The translations under genes were made by a program, and so were the position numbers. Of a stretch of DNA of 64,000 bases, positions 1 through 9,607 are shown in pieces. A model generated the notes under the pieces. That model saw only the letters and a program-made list of their open reading frames with translations, had not been told where the DNA came from and searched no databases. Position 1 is the first letter of the stretch; every line of letters begins with the position of its first letter. Where the stretch lies: positions 372,317 to 436,316 of IMG/VR virus record IMGVR_UViG_3300032782_000001; one strand, given 5' to 3'.

Positions 1-1043
1 GAACTCGGTTCACGATTCTGAGTAGGCCGAAATGTCGGTCCGGTAGTTAACAGGGCTGCTTCGATATCAAATGCAGTTGGTTTATCAAGCTGGATCAGGA
101 CACGGACCAATTCAGACCAACCATGTAGTCGGTATTGGAAAAATCGAGTGGCTACAGGATACGTAGGTTTTGCTCCAATGTCAAATCGCATAGCACTAGA
201 AATAGCGGAAACCATCTGATCCCGAATCCAAGATGGACTCTGCACTGCCACCAAAGAATCCAAAGATTCGAAGGCCTTCCTCGGATTTTGATCGATAAGA
301 GATAAAATCCTGTCTATAGCCGAATAGTCATCGAATCGAAAAAACTCATTGGCGGAAGCTATGGTAATTGGGCCGCGCACGGACATAGTGCTGAGAGCCC
401 TAATGCAAGTCCGTGGGCATGAGTCCAACATGCGAACAACAATTTTCAAAGCTTCCGGATCAGCTTCCAGAGATTCTTGAGTACAAACTTGATGCAAACG
501 TGCGAGAATTTCTTCGGGAAGAGGTGGGTGTACTGGATATTCCTCTACTCGAGATCGAATAGGAGCTTTGATTTTATGAGGCTCTGTAGTACAGAGAATG
601 ACAGTAAGAAGCCTGTCTTCCATTGCTTTCAATAAAGCGTCTTGAGCTTGCGAAGTGAGCCGCTGCGCCTCATCAATTAAATAAATGCGCCGACTTCCTT
701 CATATTCAGTATCTCGGATCATCTCACGGATTTTATCTACTGTTCCTTGAGAAGCCGCATCAAGTTCCTCAACATCTTGAGATGTCTCTTGTAAGACGGA
801 TATACACGCATCACACTCCCCGCATGGTTCCCCGTCTGAAAGATCAGTACAAAGAATGGCTCTCGCAACAACGCGAGCCAATGATGTTTTTCCGCAGCCT
901 TTTGGGCCGCCAAACATCATAGATTGATCCGTTAGGGTCCCGTCTCGACTTCGAGTAAGAAGAAGTTGTACGATTCCCTGATTTCCGAGGACCTGGCTGA
1001 ATTTCCTTGGCCTATATTTGAGGTCCAGAGGTGTTCCGCTCAC
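1..1043 (-). CDS. dnaX: DNA polymerase III gamma/tau clamp-loader ATPase (3' end runs off the window; absent from the ORF track)
   Basis: Manual translation from GTG 1043: SGTPLDLKYRPRKFSQVLGNQG...GGPKGCGKTSLARVVARAILC...EPCGECDAC...RRIYLIDEAQRLTSQAQDALLKAME. This gives the KYRP motif, Walker A, Zn module and Walker B. No stop codon seen in the parts read near position 1. Confidence 0.93.
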   Translation of the reverse strand, partial: MSGTPLDLKYRPRKFSQVLGNQGIVQLLLTRSRDGTLTDQSMMFGGPKGCGKTSLARVVARAILCTDLSDGEPCGECDACISVLQETSQDVEELDAASQGTVDKIREMIRDTEYEGSRRIYLIDEAQRLTSQAQDALLKAMEDRLLTVILCTTEPHKIKAPIRSRVEEYPVHPPLPEEILARLHQVCTQESLEADPEALKIVVRMLDSCPRTCIRALSTMSVRGPITIASANEFFRFDDYSAIDRILSLIDQNPRKAFESLDSLVAVQSPSWIRDQMVSAISSAMRFDIGAKPTYPVATRFFQYRLHGWSELVRVLIQLDKPTAFDIEAALLTTGPTFRPTQNREPS

Positions 1044-1063
1044 GAAGAATATTACACTAGGAA

Positions 1064-1888
1064 TCAGAGAAGTCGGAATTTGTCTTTAATATCAGATACG
1101 AGAGTTGTGAACTTAGACGTTGCTGTAATACCAGGATGCCATGCTAAGTCCATTGCTGCAAGGTCATACTGAAAACGGATCTTGGATCCCGGGATAGGGG
1201 TTCCTGACCCATCTCGATCACGACCAATCAACCATAACGTATCTGCGATCGCAGATACAGCAGTGATGTCATGAGCCACGACAAAAATCGTGTTGCGTTC
1301 GTCCATTAACGCAACTTGAGAAATGAGATCGCAAGTCTTGTCCTTCATGAGAGGATCGAGACCCGTGAATGGCTCATCCATCACAATGAAATGTTCACTA
1401 CACAATAATTGTTGGATAATAGCGACGCGCTGCCGTTGACCACCTGAGAGTTGAGAAGGATACTCCGAAGCCTTCTCTGTGAGTCCAAACCGTTCCAGCA
1501 TTTCCAAAGACCGATCTCGGGCCTTCCCATCCTGATCATGTTGTGAAGCTGCAACCAAAAGATTCCCTAGAACAGTTCGATGACGGAGAAGCGGATAATT
1601 TTGAGCTACTACCCCAACCAACCCAGCTTCGACAAGAATACTTTTTCCATCACCATTATTGATGGTTACGCTTCCCGATGTGGGAGCTTGAAGACCAGAC
1701 ATGATTCGTGAAAGTTGGGTCTTCCCGATGCCAGAAGGCCCAAGGATGCCTACAATCTGCCCTTGTGTGCAGCCAGGCCGAACGATATCTCGAACTTCGG
1801 CTTTGACATTTTGTAATATCTGCTTATCTCCGAATTTCAAGCAGATATCATTGACGGAGACCAAAACATCTTTGATTTCGTAATCCAT
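1064..1888 (-). CDS. ABC transporter ATP-binding protein (NitT/TauT-like)
   Basis: GPSGIGKT Walker A, LSGGQRQRVA signature, IVMDEPF Walker B, H-loop VAHD. Confidence 0.93.
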   Translation of the reverse strand: MDYEIKDVLVSVNDICLKFGDKQILQNVKAEVRDIVRPGCTQGQIVGILGPSGIGKTQLSRIMSGLQAPTSGSVTINNGDGKSILVEAGLVGVVAQNYPLLRHRTVLGNLLVAASQHDQDGKARDRSLEMLERFGLTEKASEYPSQLSGGQRQRVAIIQQLLCSEHFIVMDEPFTGLDPLMKDKTCDLISQVALMDERNTIFVVAHDITAVSAIADTLWLIGRDRDGSGTPIPGSKIRFQYDLAAMDLAWHPGITATSKFTTLVSDIKDKFRLL

Positions 1889-1900
1889 TTGTATCTCAAT

Positions 1901-2680
1901 TCATTGACGTTCCCACGTCAGTTCAGAATATGGGCAAAGTATTCGTTTGAGCCAAGCAATGCCCCAGTCTTGGAAGATTCCGACAGCCAGCACGGTGAGT
2001 TGGAGAGCAGCAATAGATGCCAGGTGAAAATGCTTATTCTGATTGAGGAGCATGGTTCCGATGCCGCCTTCGGATCTACTAATGCCTTCCACCATCGTTA
2101 GCATCATCCATCCCATTGCCGCATTCTGTCTGAGGACTTCGAGCGAATAATCAGCACGCCCAAGTATCACGACTTCTAGAATCGCCCGCCATTCACCCAT
2201 ACGGAGGGTTCGAGCATGGTCGAATTCTTCTCTCGGAATACTAGCAACGACTTCCGCCATTGAAGTCATGAAGAACGTGCTCATCCCGAAGACGAGCAGA
2301 GACACTTTAAGCCAGTGGCCAGCACCGAACATAAGGGTGAACAGCACAACAAACCCGGTCATCCCGAAGAAACGGGCTTTAGAAAATGCGGCTACGATAG
2401 GCCGCATCGCGGGAAGAACCGTCAGATACGCCATGCCGATGGAGAGAACAGAAGATATGATGAGCGCTTGAAGATTTGTCATGAAGCTCGAGTAAAGCTC
2501 GTAGACGAGACCGTCGTTGCGAAACATCTCCACCCACGCGCTCGCTACTTGAGCCGGCCTCGGGATGAGCTCAGAAGGATAGAAACTCCATACGAGCAAA
2601 GCGAGCCCGACTTGGAATAGAACGATGAACAGAATGACCCGACTCGATACGGGTCTATTTGGGCGGAACGCGTCAATCAT
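1901..2680 (-). CDS. ABC transporter permease (NitT/TauT-like)
   Basis: Several hydrophobic segments; EAA-like loop EEFDHARTLRMGEW; upstream of the ATPase. Confidence 0.88.
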   Translation of the reverse strand: MIDAFRPNRPVSSRVILFIVLFQVGLALLVWSFYPSELIPRPAQVASAWVEMFRNDGLVYELYSSFMTNLQALIISSVLSIGMAYLTVLPAMRPIVAAFSKARFFGMTGFVVLFTLMFGAGHWLKVSLLVFGMSTFFMTSMAEVVASIPREEFDHARTLRMGEWRAILEVVILGRADYSLEVLRQNAAMGWMMLTMVEGISRSEGGIGTMLLNQNKHFHLASIAALQLTVLAVGIFQDWGIAWLKRILCPYSELTWERQ

Positions 2681-4479
2681 CAGTTCGACGTGCCGAGAAC
2701 GATGACCACGCGACGATTCTTCGAACGACCGTCTTCGTTTGCATTGGATGCCACCGGGTCATTCTGACCATGCGGGACAACAGTGAAGCGGGAATCCGGA
2801 AAATTCGTACTGGATTGCTTCTCGAGCCACACCTTGACGGCGTTAGCACGCGCCTGGGAGAGCTTCATATTGTTACCAGGATCTCCGGTGTTGTCAGTGT
2901 GACCATGGATCTCAATAGCGAGCTCGTCGGCCACAAGAAGACCGTTCTTAAGTTGCTGGAGCTGGACCTGAGCACTGGGATCGAATGAAGCAGAGCCCGT
3001 TTGGAAATTGATGCTCCAATTCCTCTTCGACACAACTTTGGTAACGGGACCGCCGGTGAATTTCGGCATGTCTGCCGTGGCAACAGCTGCCGTAGTGGAG
3101 ATCTTTGGCTTAATAGCCTTCACGAACGAGAGATTCAGAATATCATCCACCTTAGGATAGTTCGGAACCAGCTTCGGATATTGCTGAACGACGATATCAC
3201 CAAACACAGTGTACGTCGCTGCAAAAACATTCGCAGACCCCTCTGATAGACCAAAGAGTTCCTCGAGGTCAGCGTAATTGCTGGCATAGGAACCACCAAG
3301 ATTCACCTGGACACCAGTCTTGTCCGCTTCTGTAGCGCCTTTGTAATATTTCTCCCAGTATGCCGCGTCCTTCTCTTTATAGACCTCCGCAGAAATCTTG
3401 GCTGCATGAGAAAGAGCAGCCGGGAAGGACCTGACTTGATCACCACCTTCGCAAATAGCGGCCAGCATACCGATGATTTCATCCTTGTTGGCAGCATCCC
3501 ACTTGCGGATGCCAATGATGGCTGACGGCATTTGACTCCGGTATTCCCTGGTCGAGACAATAGATACGAGTCCACCTTTGTTTTGGGCAACATTCACATC
3601 GCCGGGAGTCCAAGTAACAACGGCATTGACACAAACGTGTTTCTTCTCACCTGTGAGCTTGCCGTTTTGCACGACCTTGCGATCCTCACAGGCCCCAGTA
3701 ATGTACTTCTGACCTGCTTCAATGAAGTCCGTAGCGTTGACCCAATTGAGTGCGTCTGGGTCCCACGTAGTTTCATCCGGGTTATTCTTGATACCGTTGT
3801 CACCAGCCCACTTCATGGCGATATTCCAATCACCATCACGAATAACGCCGGCCACCAAGCCGCCAACTGATACTTTCGGGTGGTCCCTCCAGTCAGCAGG
3901 TCCCATGAATTTATCTTCTCCGCGAGAGTATCCGGTAGATCCAATAATTTCGGCTTGATACTCCTTGCCGATCTTGGAAAGCTCAGCATTGACGCCAGCA
4001 AGGAATGCTGCAGTCCCATCACCCATCAAAACGAGGAAATGAACCCCCTGCGTGGGTTGAGCATTGGATTTAAGTCCATTGGCAAAAGCCATGAGGCTGG
4101 CTGTCATCTTATTCGTATCATCTTCGCGGATAATGGATAAGTTCACCTTGTGCTGATCCATCAGCGAACCTTCGGTAGTGCTGGCACCACCATTGGCGAA
4201 CAACATACCCATTTGCGAGTTCCAAGCCATGACTTGCATGCGGATCTCGGGAGCTGAAGACTTTGCCACCTTGGTGCCGGGCAGTTGGACAGGTGACGAT
4301 GCCACGATCGTATTCGAACTGCCGACCTGAGGAAGGTCGGCAATTTTCGGGACCTCGGATTTAGTAGACGGAGGGCCGATCAGACCGCGGTCTGCCGCGC
4401 ATTTGAACCCGGCCACGAGACCGGCAAAGATGGAAGCTGCGAGGATGACGCGTGGCAGGGTCTTGATCTTGGTGGACAT
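2680..4479 (-). CDS. Substrate-binding protein (NMT1/SsuA-like) fused to a C-terminal OmpA peptidoglycan-binding domain
   Basis: N-terminal membrane anchor. C-terminus HGHTDNTG..NMKLSQARANAVK...GQNDPVASN..GRSKNRRV is a classic OmpA motif. The binding-protein assignment rests on operon context. Confidence 0.8.
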   Translation of the reverse strand: MSTKIKTLPRVILAASIFAGLVAGFKCAADRGLIGPPSTKSEVPKIADLPQVGSSNTIVASSPVQLPGTKVAKSSAPEIRMQVMAWNSQMGMLFANGGASTTEGSLMDQHKVNLSIIREDDTNKMTASLMAFANGLKSNAQPTQGVHFLVLMGDGTAAFLAGVNAELSKIGKEYQAEIIGSTGYSRGEDKFMGPADWRDHPKVSVGGLVAGVIRDGDWNIAMKWAGDNGIKNNPDETTWDPDALNWVNATDFIEAGQKYITGACEDRKVVQNGKLTGEKKHVCVNAVVTWTPGDVNVAQNKGGLVSIVSTREYRSQMPSAIIGIRKWDAANKDEIIGMLAAICEGGDQVRSFPAALSHAAKISAEVYKEKDAAYWEKYYKGATEADKTGVQVNLGGSYASNYADLEELFGLSEGSANVFAATYTVFGDIVVQQYPKLVPNYPKVDDILNLSFVKAIKPKISTTAAVATADMPKFTGGPVTKVVSKRNWSINFQTGSASFDPSAQVQLQQLKNGLLVADELAIEIHGHTDNTGDPGNNMKLSQARANAVKVWLEKQSSTNFPDSRFTVVPHGQNDPVASNANEDGRSKNRRVVIVLGTSN

Positions 4480-4507
4480 ATGGTCTCCGTATTGGTCTCC
4501 GTATTAT

Positions 4508-5548
4508 TTATCGCTTGGATTTCGGGGAGTCAAAGAGATCCGAAAAAGAACTAGCTTCTGCGGACTCAGCTTCAGATTCAGCTTGGATTTCTTGAGGGTC
4601 GGAAGTGGACTGGATACGAACCTTGTTCGAAGACTGTTCGGAAGGAGAGATCAAAAGCTTGTCAGCCTTCTTCTCCCATTCTTCGAACTGATCCAGAGCA
4701 TCTTGCTCATACACTCCGTTCTCGAGATCCATAGTCTTAATGAATCCTTCGGACATATCCATGAAGAGTTCGATCTCTCCAATCTTCATGGCGTAGTCAT
4801 CAGCCAAGTGTTCCATGGCTTGATCAAACATTGCGCGCTGATCACCTTCACCTTGAAGAATTTTCCGTGCTGAAGTGAAGGCCCCGTAACTCGCCTTAAT
4901 GGCCGCACGCTCCTGCGTTTTGACTTCAATCTCACCTTCAATATCCTGAACCGTGAATTGTGAAACCTCATAATATTTCTTCATCGCCTTCGACATAGCT
5001 TGCATCTTATTGTAAAGAGCCTGCAAGGTAATGTTGGACTTCTGAAGCCGTCCAGCTTGCCGTGACTGCAGGATAAAAGCAGGTTTCATATCCGCTTTAT
5101 CATGAGCTTGCTTGGCGATTTGAAGAGAATGAAGTCGATTGGCTTCGTTCTTGTCGATGATCCCCTTGAGTTTAACCATTTGGCCATTGAGACTGGCCAT
5201 AGATTTCCTCATATCGTCAAGGCGCTTGTTAAGATCTTCTGCATATCCCTTTAGGATACCGATAGGATCAATTTCAATGATCAACCCCGTGATGAATCGC
5301 ATCAAAGACTTCCAGCCGTAGGAAGCCAAGGTTCGAATGCGCTTGTCCGATACCAAGAACACCAAAAATGCGATTGCAGCTGCAAGAGCTGCAGCATGCA
5401 GCGTGTTTGTCAACAGGATGACGATGAAAGGAAGAGCGACGTAAAGCCCCCATCCGAGTGCTCCAAGTAAGAGAGCCAAGAAGAGAATACTGGTCTTGCC
5501 TTCGGGGCGTTGGAAGAATGTCTTATTCTCAGGAGTGGTCATGATCAC
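4508..5548 (-). CDS. Membrane protein with two N-terminal TM helices and a long coiled coil (PspA-like architecture)
   Basis: Hydrophobic residues about 20-65 followed by a heptad-rich helical region; overlaps the upstream gene (ATGA). Confidence 0.6.
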   Translation of the reverse strand: MIMTTPENKTFFQRPEGKTSILFLALLLGALGWGLYVALPFIVILLTNTLHAAALAAAIAFLVFLVSDKRIRTLASYGWKSLMRFITGLIIEIDPIGILKGYAEDLNKRLDDMRKSMASLNGQMVKLKGIIDKNEANRLHSLQIAKQAHDKADMKPAFILQSRQAGRLQKSNITLQALYNKMQAMSKAMKKYYEVSQFTVQDIEGEIEVKTQERAAIKASYGAFTSARKILQGEGDQRAMFDQAMEHLADDYAMKIGEIELFMDMSEGFIKTMDLENGVYEQDALDQFEEWEKKADKLLISPSEQSSNKVRIQSTSDPQEIQAESEAESAEASSFSDLFDSPKSKR

Positions 5549-6216
5549 ACCTTCCCGAAGGTGGCAAGTTTGTTCCGCCTATCAGTGAGTTGAGCATGGA
5601 CAACTTGATACGCTGCCACGAATCCTTCCTTCACTGAAGTAATTTTCTGCTCATCAGCAGTCAGCGCGGCCGATTCTGCATCTCGTTGTTCCGACAAGCG
5701 CGAAATATCGGATTGAAGTTGCTGAATTTGCTCGTGTTTGGTTTTAATCTGAGTATCGAGTGACTCTATGGTCGCTTGACGACCACCGACCTTGCGCTTG
5801 AGCTGCGCTTGAGTCTCGTCTTCGAATTCGCGGCCCTTCTGTTCGAGGATGCCGATGCATTTATCAAAATCACCAAGAAGAATTTCGACAGAATGGCCGT
5901 GTTTGGCCGCAAGCTTCATAGCGGCCTTCCAACGCGCCGATTCATCAGGAATCGAGTCTGCAAGAGTAGAAAGAGTGTCTTGAAGTTCCACATATCCGGG
6001 AGGAGCCGAAGACTCGATAGCAGCTTCAAGACGCTTCCGAGCTGCTCCATCATCAACAGAATGAATAATGGCGGGATGGGATTCTACATGTTGAGGCGCA
6101 GGAGTACCTGTCGGCGCTTCCGGATGTCCTTCCGGGACTTCTTCAACGAATGCTCCTTTGACAGAAGCCCAAATACTCTTTTTCTCACCCTTTCCAACAG
6201 GTTGGTCCATGTCCAT
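5545..6216 (-). CDS. Coiled-coil hypothetical protein, first gene of the ABC/OmpA operon
   Basis: 223-aa ORF, C-terminal heptads, GAGG RBS, operon coupling. Confidence 0.6.
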   Translation of the reverse strand: MDMDQPVGKGEKKSIWASVKGAFVEEVPEGHPEAPTGTPAPQHVESHPAIIHSVDDGAARKRLEAAIESSAPPGYVELQDTLSTLADSIPDESARWKAAMKLAAKHGHSVEILLGDFDKCIGILEQKGREFEDETQAQLKRKVGGRQATIESLDTQIKTKHEQIQQLQSDISRLSEQRDAESAALTADEQKITSVKEGFVAAYQVVHAQLTDRRNKLATFGKV

Positions 6217-6467
6217 ATCCTCGATCGAACGTTTGCTCGTCCGAGGGACACATTACACCAACGTTCTCGGCATTTACGTGTGCATAATATTCCGAACCAG
6301 TGATAAATTGCAGTCGTCAATCAGATTGTGAAGTTTTTTGGAATGATTCCATGCCTGGTCAAATGTCTTATGAACAAGAACATACCAAACCCATTGGTCG
6401 CCACAGTTGGGACACGAACAGAGGGTTCTAGTTTGAATAAGAACGAAAAACTCCCACTCGTGGGGTA

Positions 6468-6965
6468 CTATTTTTGAAGGCACTTGGCAATCTCAACCAA
6501 ACCTTCGTTCCACTGACCATTCCTCTCCGCCACTTCTGGGAATTCTTGTACTTCCGGGGGCCGGATACTCCACTTCATTTCTCCCGTCTTTTCGTCTTCT
6601 ACGCCCACACATCGGGTCAAAAGATGATCAATGAGAGCAACCCGTTGATTCGGATTGAGGGGATTCCAAACATCAAGCGCAACTTCGAGAACGAAATCCG
6701 TTTGAACAAGGTGTTCAAACTTGCCGGACATCTTATAGACATTCCCGGCAACAGGATTTCCTCCGCGCTTGGAAGCTTTGCTACGGCAAATATATCGGAA
6801 TCTGGCATGAGCAAGCTCCGGATGGAATTTCGGAATAAGTTTGGAAGCAATCTGTTCTGCTGCTTCTGAATCACCAAACAGAACTTTTTCCGGTACTTTC
6901 CGTTCCCGCTTGGAGCGGACTGCATCATTTTCATTCCCACTGTTCACGCTATTCACATGCGACAT
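6468..6965 (-). CDS. Putative phage metallopeptidase-like protein (degenerate zinc motif)
   Basis: DFVLEVALDVWNPL...RVALIDHLLTRC...IRPPEVQEFPEVAERNGQW resembles the phage metallopeptidase family. Start moved to ATG 6965 after GAGGGA. Confidence 0.6.
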   Translation of the reverse strand: MSHVNSVNSGNENDAVRSKRERKVPEKVLFGDSEAAEQIASKLIPKFHPELAHARFRYICRSKASKRGGNPVAGNVYKMSGKFEHLVQTDFVLEVALDVWNPLNPNQRVALIDHLLTRCVGVEDEKTGEMKWSIRPPEVQEFPEVAERNGQWNEGLVEIAKCLQK

Positions 6966-6972
6966 TTTTCCC

Positions 6973-7779
6973 TCACGCAGCAAGACGGAACCGACGAGCA
7001 AATCCACTGTCTCCGACCTTTTTCCAAAGATCTCCCGGGTCCTTGTCTTTTGGACCAAGACACGGATATTTTACGTCGACCACACTGTCGAAAAACGAAC
7101 CATGGTGTTGAATAAAGTCACGGACACCTTTCCGTCCAGCTGAATCCATGTCTAAGCATAATACGACACGCTTCACGAACCTACGTAAAAAACGTACTTG
7201 AGCGATGCTGGGGGAGCTCGTAGTAATCCCAATCACATTTGGAACTACAAGTCGTTCAATAATGAGATGGTCCCCAGGACCTTCTACGAGCCAAGCTTCT
7301 TTAGAAGACCAAATAGAACTAATACTGGAAGTAATTCCGAAGAAATAACCTTCTGGCCTACGTGAGACCATGAAACTGTCGTAACTCTTCTCCGCGAGAG
7401 ACCGAAGTTGGAAGCCAATGGCTGCTCCCGTGTAACTCGTCAGAGGGAATACAACATGATTCAAAATCCGGCGCCCTACAAACTGTTGCTTGGGAGCCCC
7501 ATCTTCGACAATCTCCCATTTAGATGACCACCGTCGATATCGACAACTATCACACCACGCATGAGAAGAATCTCTATCGGAACAAATGGTTCCATGTCCA
7601 GGATTTTTGGACGGGTCTACATCAAATTCTCCGATGGTATACCCGAGACGATGCCTAGTCCATTGATCAGCACTAATTCCACGACCTCGAAGATACTCTT
7701 GAGCTTCTTCACTTTGAAGAAGTCCTTGGTGGGACCAGTCAAGGAAATCGTCAACGAAGCTCAAGACAAAATAGGACAA
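6973..7779 (-). CDS. DnaG-like primase catalytic core (TOPRIM), no N-terminal zinc-binding domain
   Basis: EYLRGRG, VVFPL, WLVEGPGD and LCLDMDSAG (DxD) TOPRIM motifs, KDPGD. Confidence 0.85.
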   Translation of the reverse strand: MSYFVLSFVDDFLDWSHQGLLQSEEAQEYLRGRGISADQWTRHRLGYTIGEFDVDPSKNPGHGTICSDRDSSHAWCDSCRYRRWSSKWEIVEDGAPKQQFVGRRILNHVVFPLTSYTGAAIGFQLRSLAEKSYDSFMVSRRPEGYFFGITSSISSIWSSKEAWLVEGPGDHLIIERLVVPNVIGITTSSPSIAQVRFLRRFVKRVVLCLDMDSAGRKGVRDFIQHHGSFFDSVVDVKYPCLGPKDKDPGDLWKKVGDSGFARRFRLAA

Positions 7780-8384
7780 AGCCCGATACCGGACTTAACG
7801 TTATGTAATAGGATACTCGTGTTGCCGCCCATGAACTGAGTATACATACCGACCATGTCAGGCCGCGAGAGGAACACGGGAAAACTGACTTTGGAAGAAG
7901 TGATACGGCAACATTTTTTATATTTCAGGGTTGATTCTTTCAAACGAAACCATTTCCGAACAGTTGATTCCGACCAAGAATCAGGGACAAGGCAAACATG
8001 AGGTTGGGACTTCACACCACTCTGCCTCTGAACATAATCAAATGCAGCGGAAGCAGCATCCTTCCCTTGGAAAACATTTGGCCATTTTTCTTCCATGGAC
8101 AATTCTAGAGCTGCCGTCATCATGGGTCCAATAATGTCGTCCAGTCTATCTGGATCGTGTTCAAAAACCCCCGCCACAATCCCACCACCCTGGAGAGGAA
8201 CCAAGTTACCAAATTTTTGACCAGGTTTAGAAATCCAACGAATAGGGATGAATTTACCGCGACTAGTCGAAATAATAGCAGGCAGATGAGACTCTTTAGC
8301 AGGAGTCTCAATTACCGCTGGAATGGCAGAAACCCCTTTACGAGTTCGATGTAGATCGTGCTCGAGAATCTGCAAAAGAATCAC
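7761..8384 (-). CDS. Hypothetical protein
   Basis: 207-aa ORF coupled to both neighbours. Confidence 0.55.
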   Translation of the reverse strand: MILLQILEHDLHRTRKGVSAIPAVIETPAKESHLPAIISTSRGKFIPIRWISKPGQKFGNLVPLQGGGIVAGVFEHDPDRLDDIIGPMMTAALELSMEEKWPNVFQGKDAASAAFDYVQRQSGVKSQPHVCLVPDSWSESTVRKWFRLKESTLKYKKCCRITSSKVSFPVFLSRPDMVGMYTQFMGGNTSILLHNVKSGIGLCPILS

Positions 8385-8962
8385 TAGACCTCGTTATCAT
8401 CCCATAGGTTTTCCGGGAGTTCCGGCACGGGAGGGTCCTTTTCCATGGGAGCCGGACGATTTCGGATCCGAGAGAACCAGAGACTCAAACGTTCCAAAAT
8501 TGTCAAAGGATGGCTAGCAACGCGATCATCAAGAACCCATTGGAGAGCAGCAATATCACGGAAGTTATCATAGACATACTCATCGTCTTCGAGTTTTTCC
8601 ATGAATTGTCGGCGAGCCTCTTCTTCGCCGACTTTGGCTTGGAAGTATTTGCAAGATTTAGCTATATCATCATTATCGCAAATATCGCCACTCCAAGTAG
8701 ATGGATTTTGTGAACCATACATACACAGACGAGTAGGAACCTGATCTTGGAGAACCACGAGCGTTACACTCTTGCGAGGAGAACGCTCATATTCAATTTC
8801 AGGAACTCCGTTCCTTGAGTATTTCAAAGGAGAGAGGTTGGGCTGCTCGTGGTTATAAGTACAGTTACGGTGGCATCTCGCTTGAGATTCCTTTACGTGC
8901 TGCTTTGCATACCTGAGTCGAAGGTTCCGCAGCCGTCGGGAAATGGCTTCTTGAGACTTCAC
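8384..8962 (-). CDS. Cys-rich hypothetical protein
   Basis: 192 aa; C-H-x-x-C and several further Cys; operon coupling. Confidence 0.55.
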   Translation of the reverse strand: MKSQEAISRRLRNLRLRYAKQHVKESQARCHRNCTYNHEQPNLSPLKYSRNGVPEIEYERSPRKSVTLVVLQDQVPTRLCMYGSQNPSTWSGDICDNDDIAKSCKYFQAKVGEEEARRQFMEKLEDDEYVYDNFRDIAALQWVLDDRVASHPLTILERLSLWFSRIRNRPAPMEKDPPVPELPENLWDDNEV

Positions 8963-8968
8963 CGAATC

Positions 8969-9607
8969 TCACCGTACGGTCTGACGCCTGTGAAGACGTA
9001 AACTGTCCTCTTTACGAGCTTCGTAGGAAATGTGTGCGTGGTTGAGAAATTCGTCGTTGTGCGTCACCATAAGAATATTGACGCCCATTTCCTCTGCGAG
9101 TTGTCGCATGAAACTTCCGGCATACGGAACATAATGATTCGCAAGAGCATGCATCGATTCATCAAGGATGAGTAAATTGCCCATCCCAGTACGAGCCATG
9201 ATGGCTAAACGAAGAATGAGAGAAGCCACCAATACAGGGCCCCCACCGAAATTCGTAAGGGGATTGCCTTCTACATTGTCTTTAGTGCTTTCAATCGTAA
9301 ATCTCATAGACAAGCGGTTATGCTTCATCTCTTGGCGAATGCGGAAGACAAGAGATTGATCATAAATCACGTGTGAAAGACCCGTCGTCACAAGTTGTGA
9401 CATGGAGTCTACATTCTTACGAAGGGAATCTTCAAGCCACGATTTGAATACTTCCGAGCACTTCTGATCTAACTCAGCTTTATATTTGAGATTATCAATT
9501 TCAGCTTCTTCATTTGAAATTTGAGTACGCAGAAGTTCTCTGTAAACAGAAAGTTTTTGAATTCCTTCCTTTACTTTCGCCATTCGTTCGATATCTGCGG
9601 AATTCAT
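8969..9607 (-). CDS. SbcC/Rad50-like ABC ATPase, C-terminal half only
   Basis: Short coiled coil, FGGG signature, LLILDES Walker B, MVTH H-loop; no Walker A. Confidence 0.82.
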   Translation of the reverse strand: MNSADIERMAKVKEGIQKLSVYRELLRTQISNEEAEIDNLKYKAELDQKCSEVFKSWLEDSLRKNVDSMSQLVTTGLSHVIYDQSLVFRIRQEMKHNRLSMRFTIESTKDNVEGNPLTNFGGGPVLVASLILRLAIMARTGMGNLLILDESMHALANHYVPYAGSFMRQLAEEMGVNILMVTHNDEFLNHAHISYEARKEDSLRLHRRQTVR

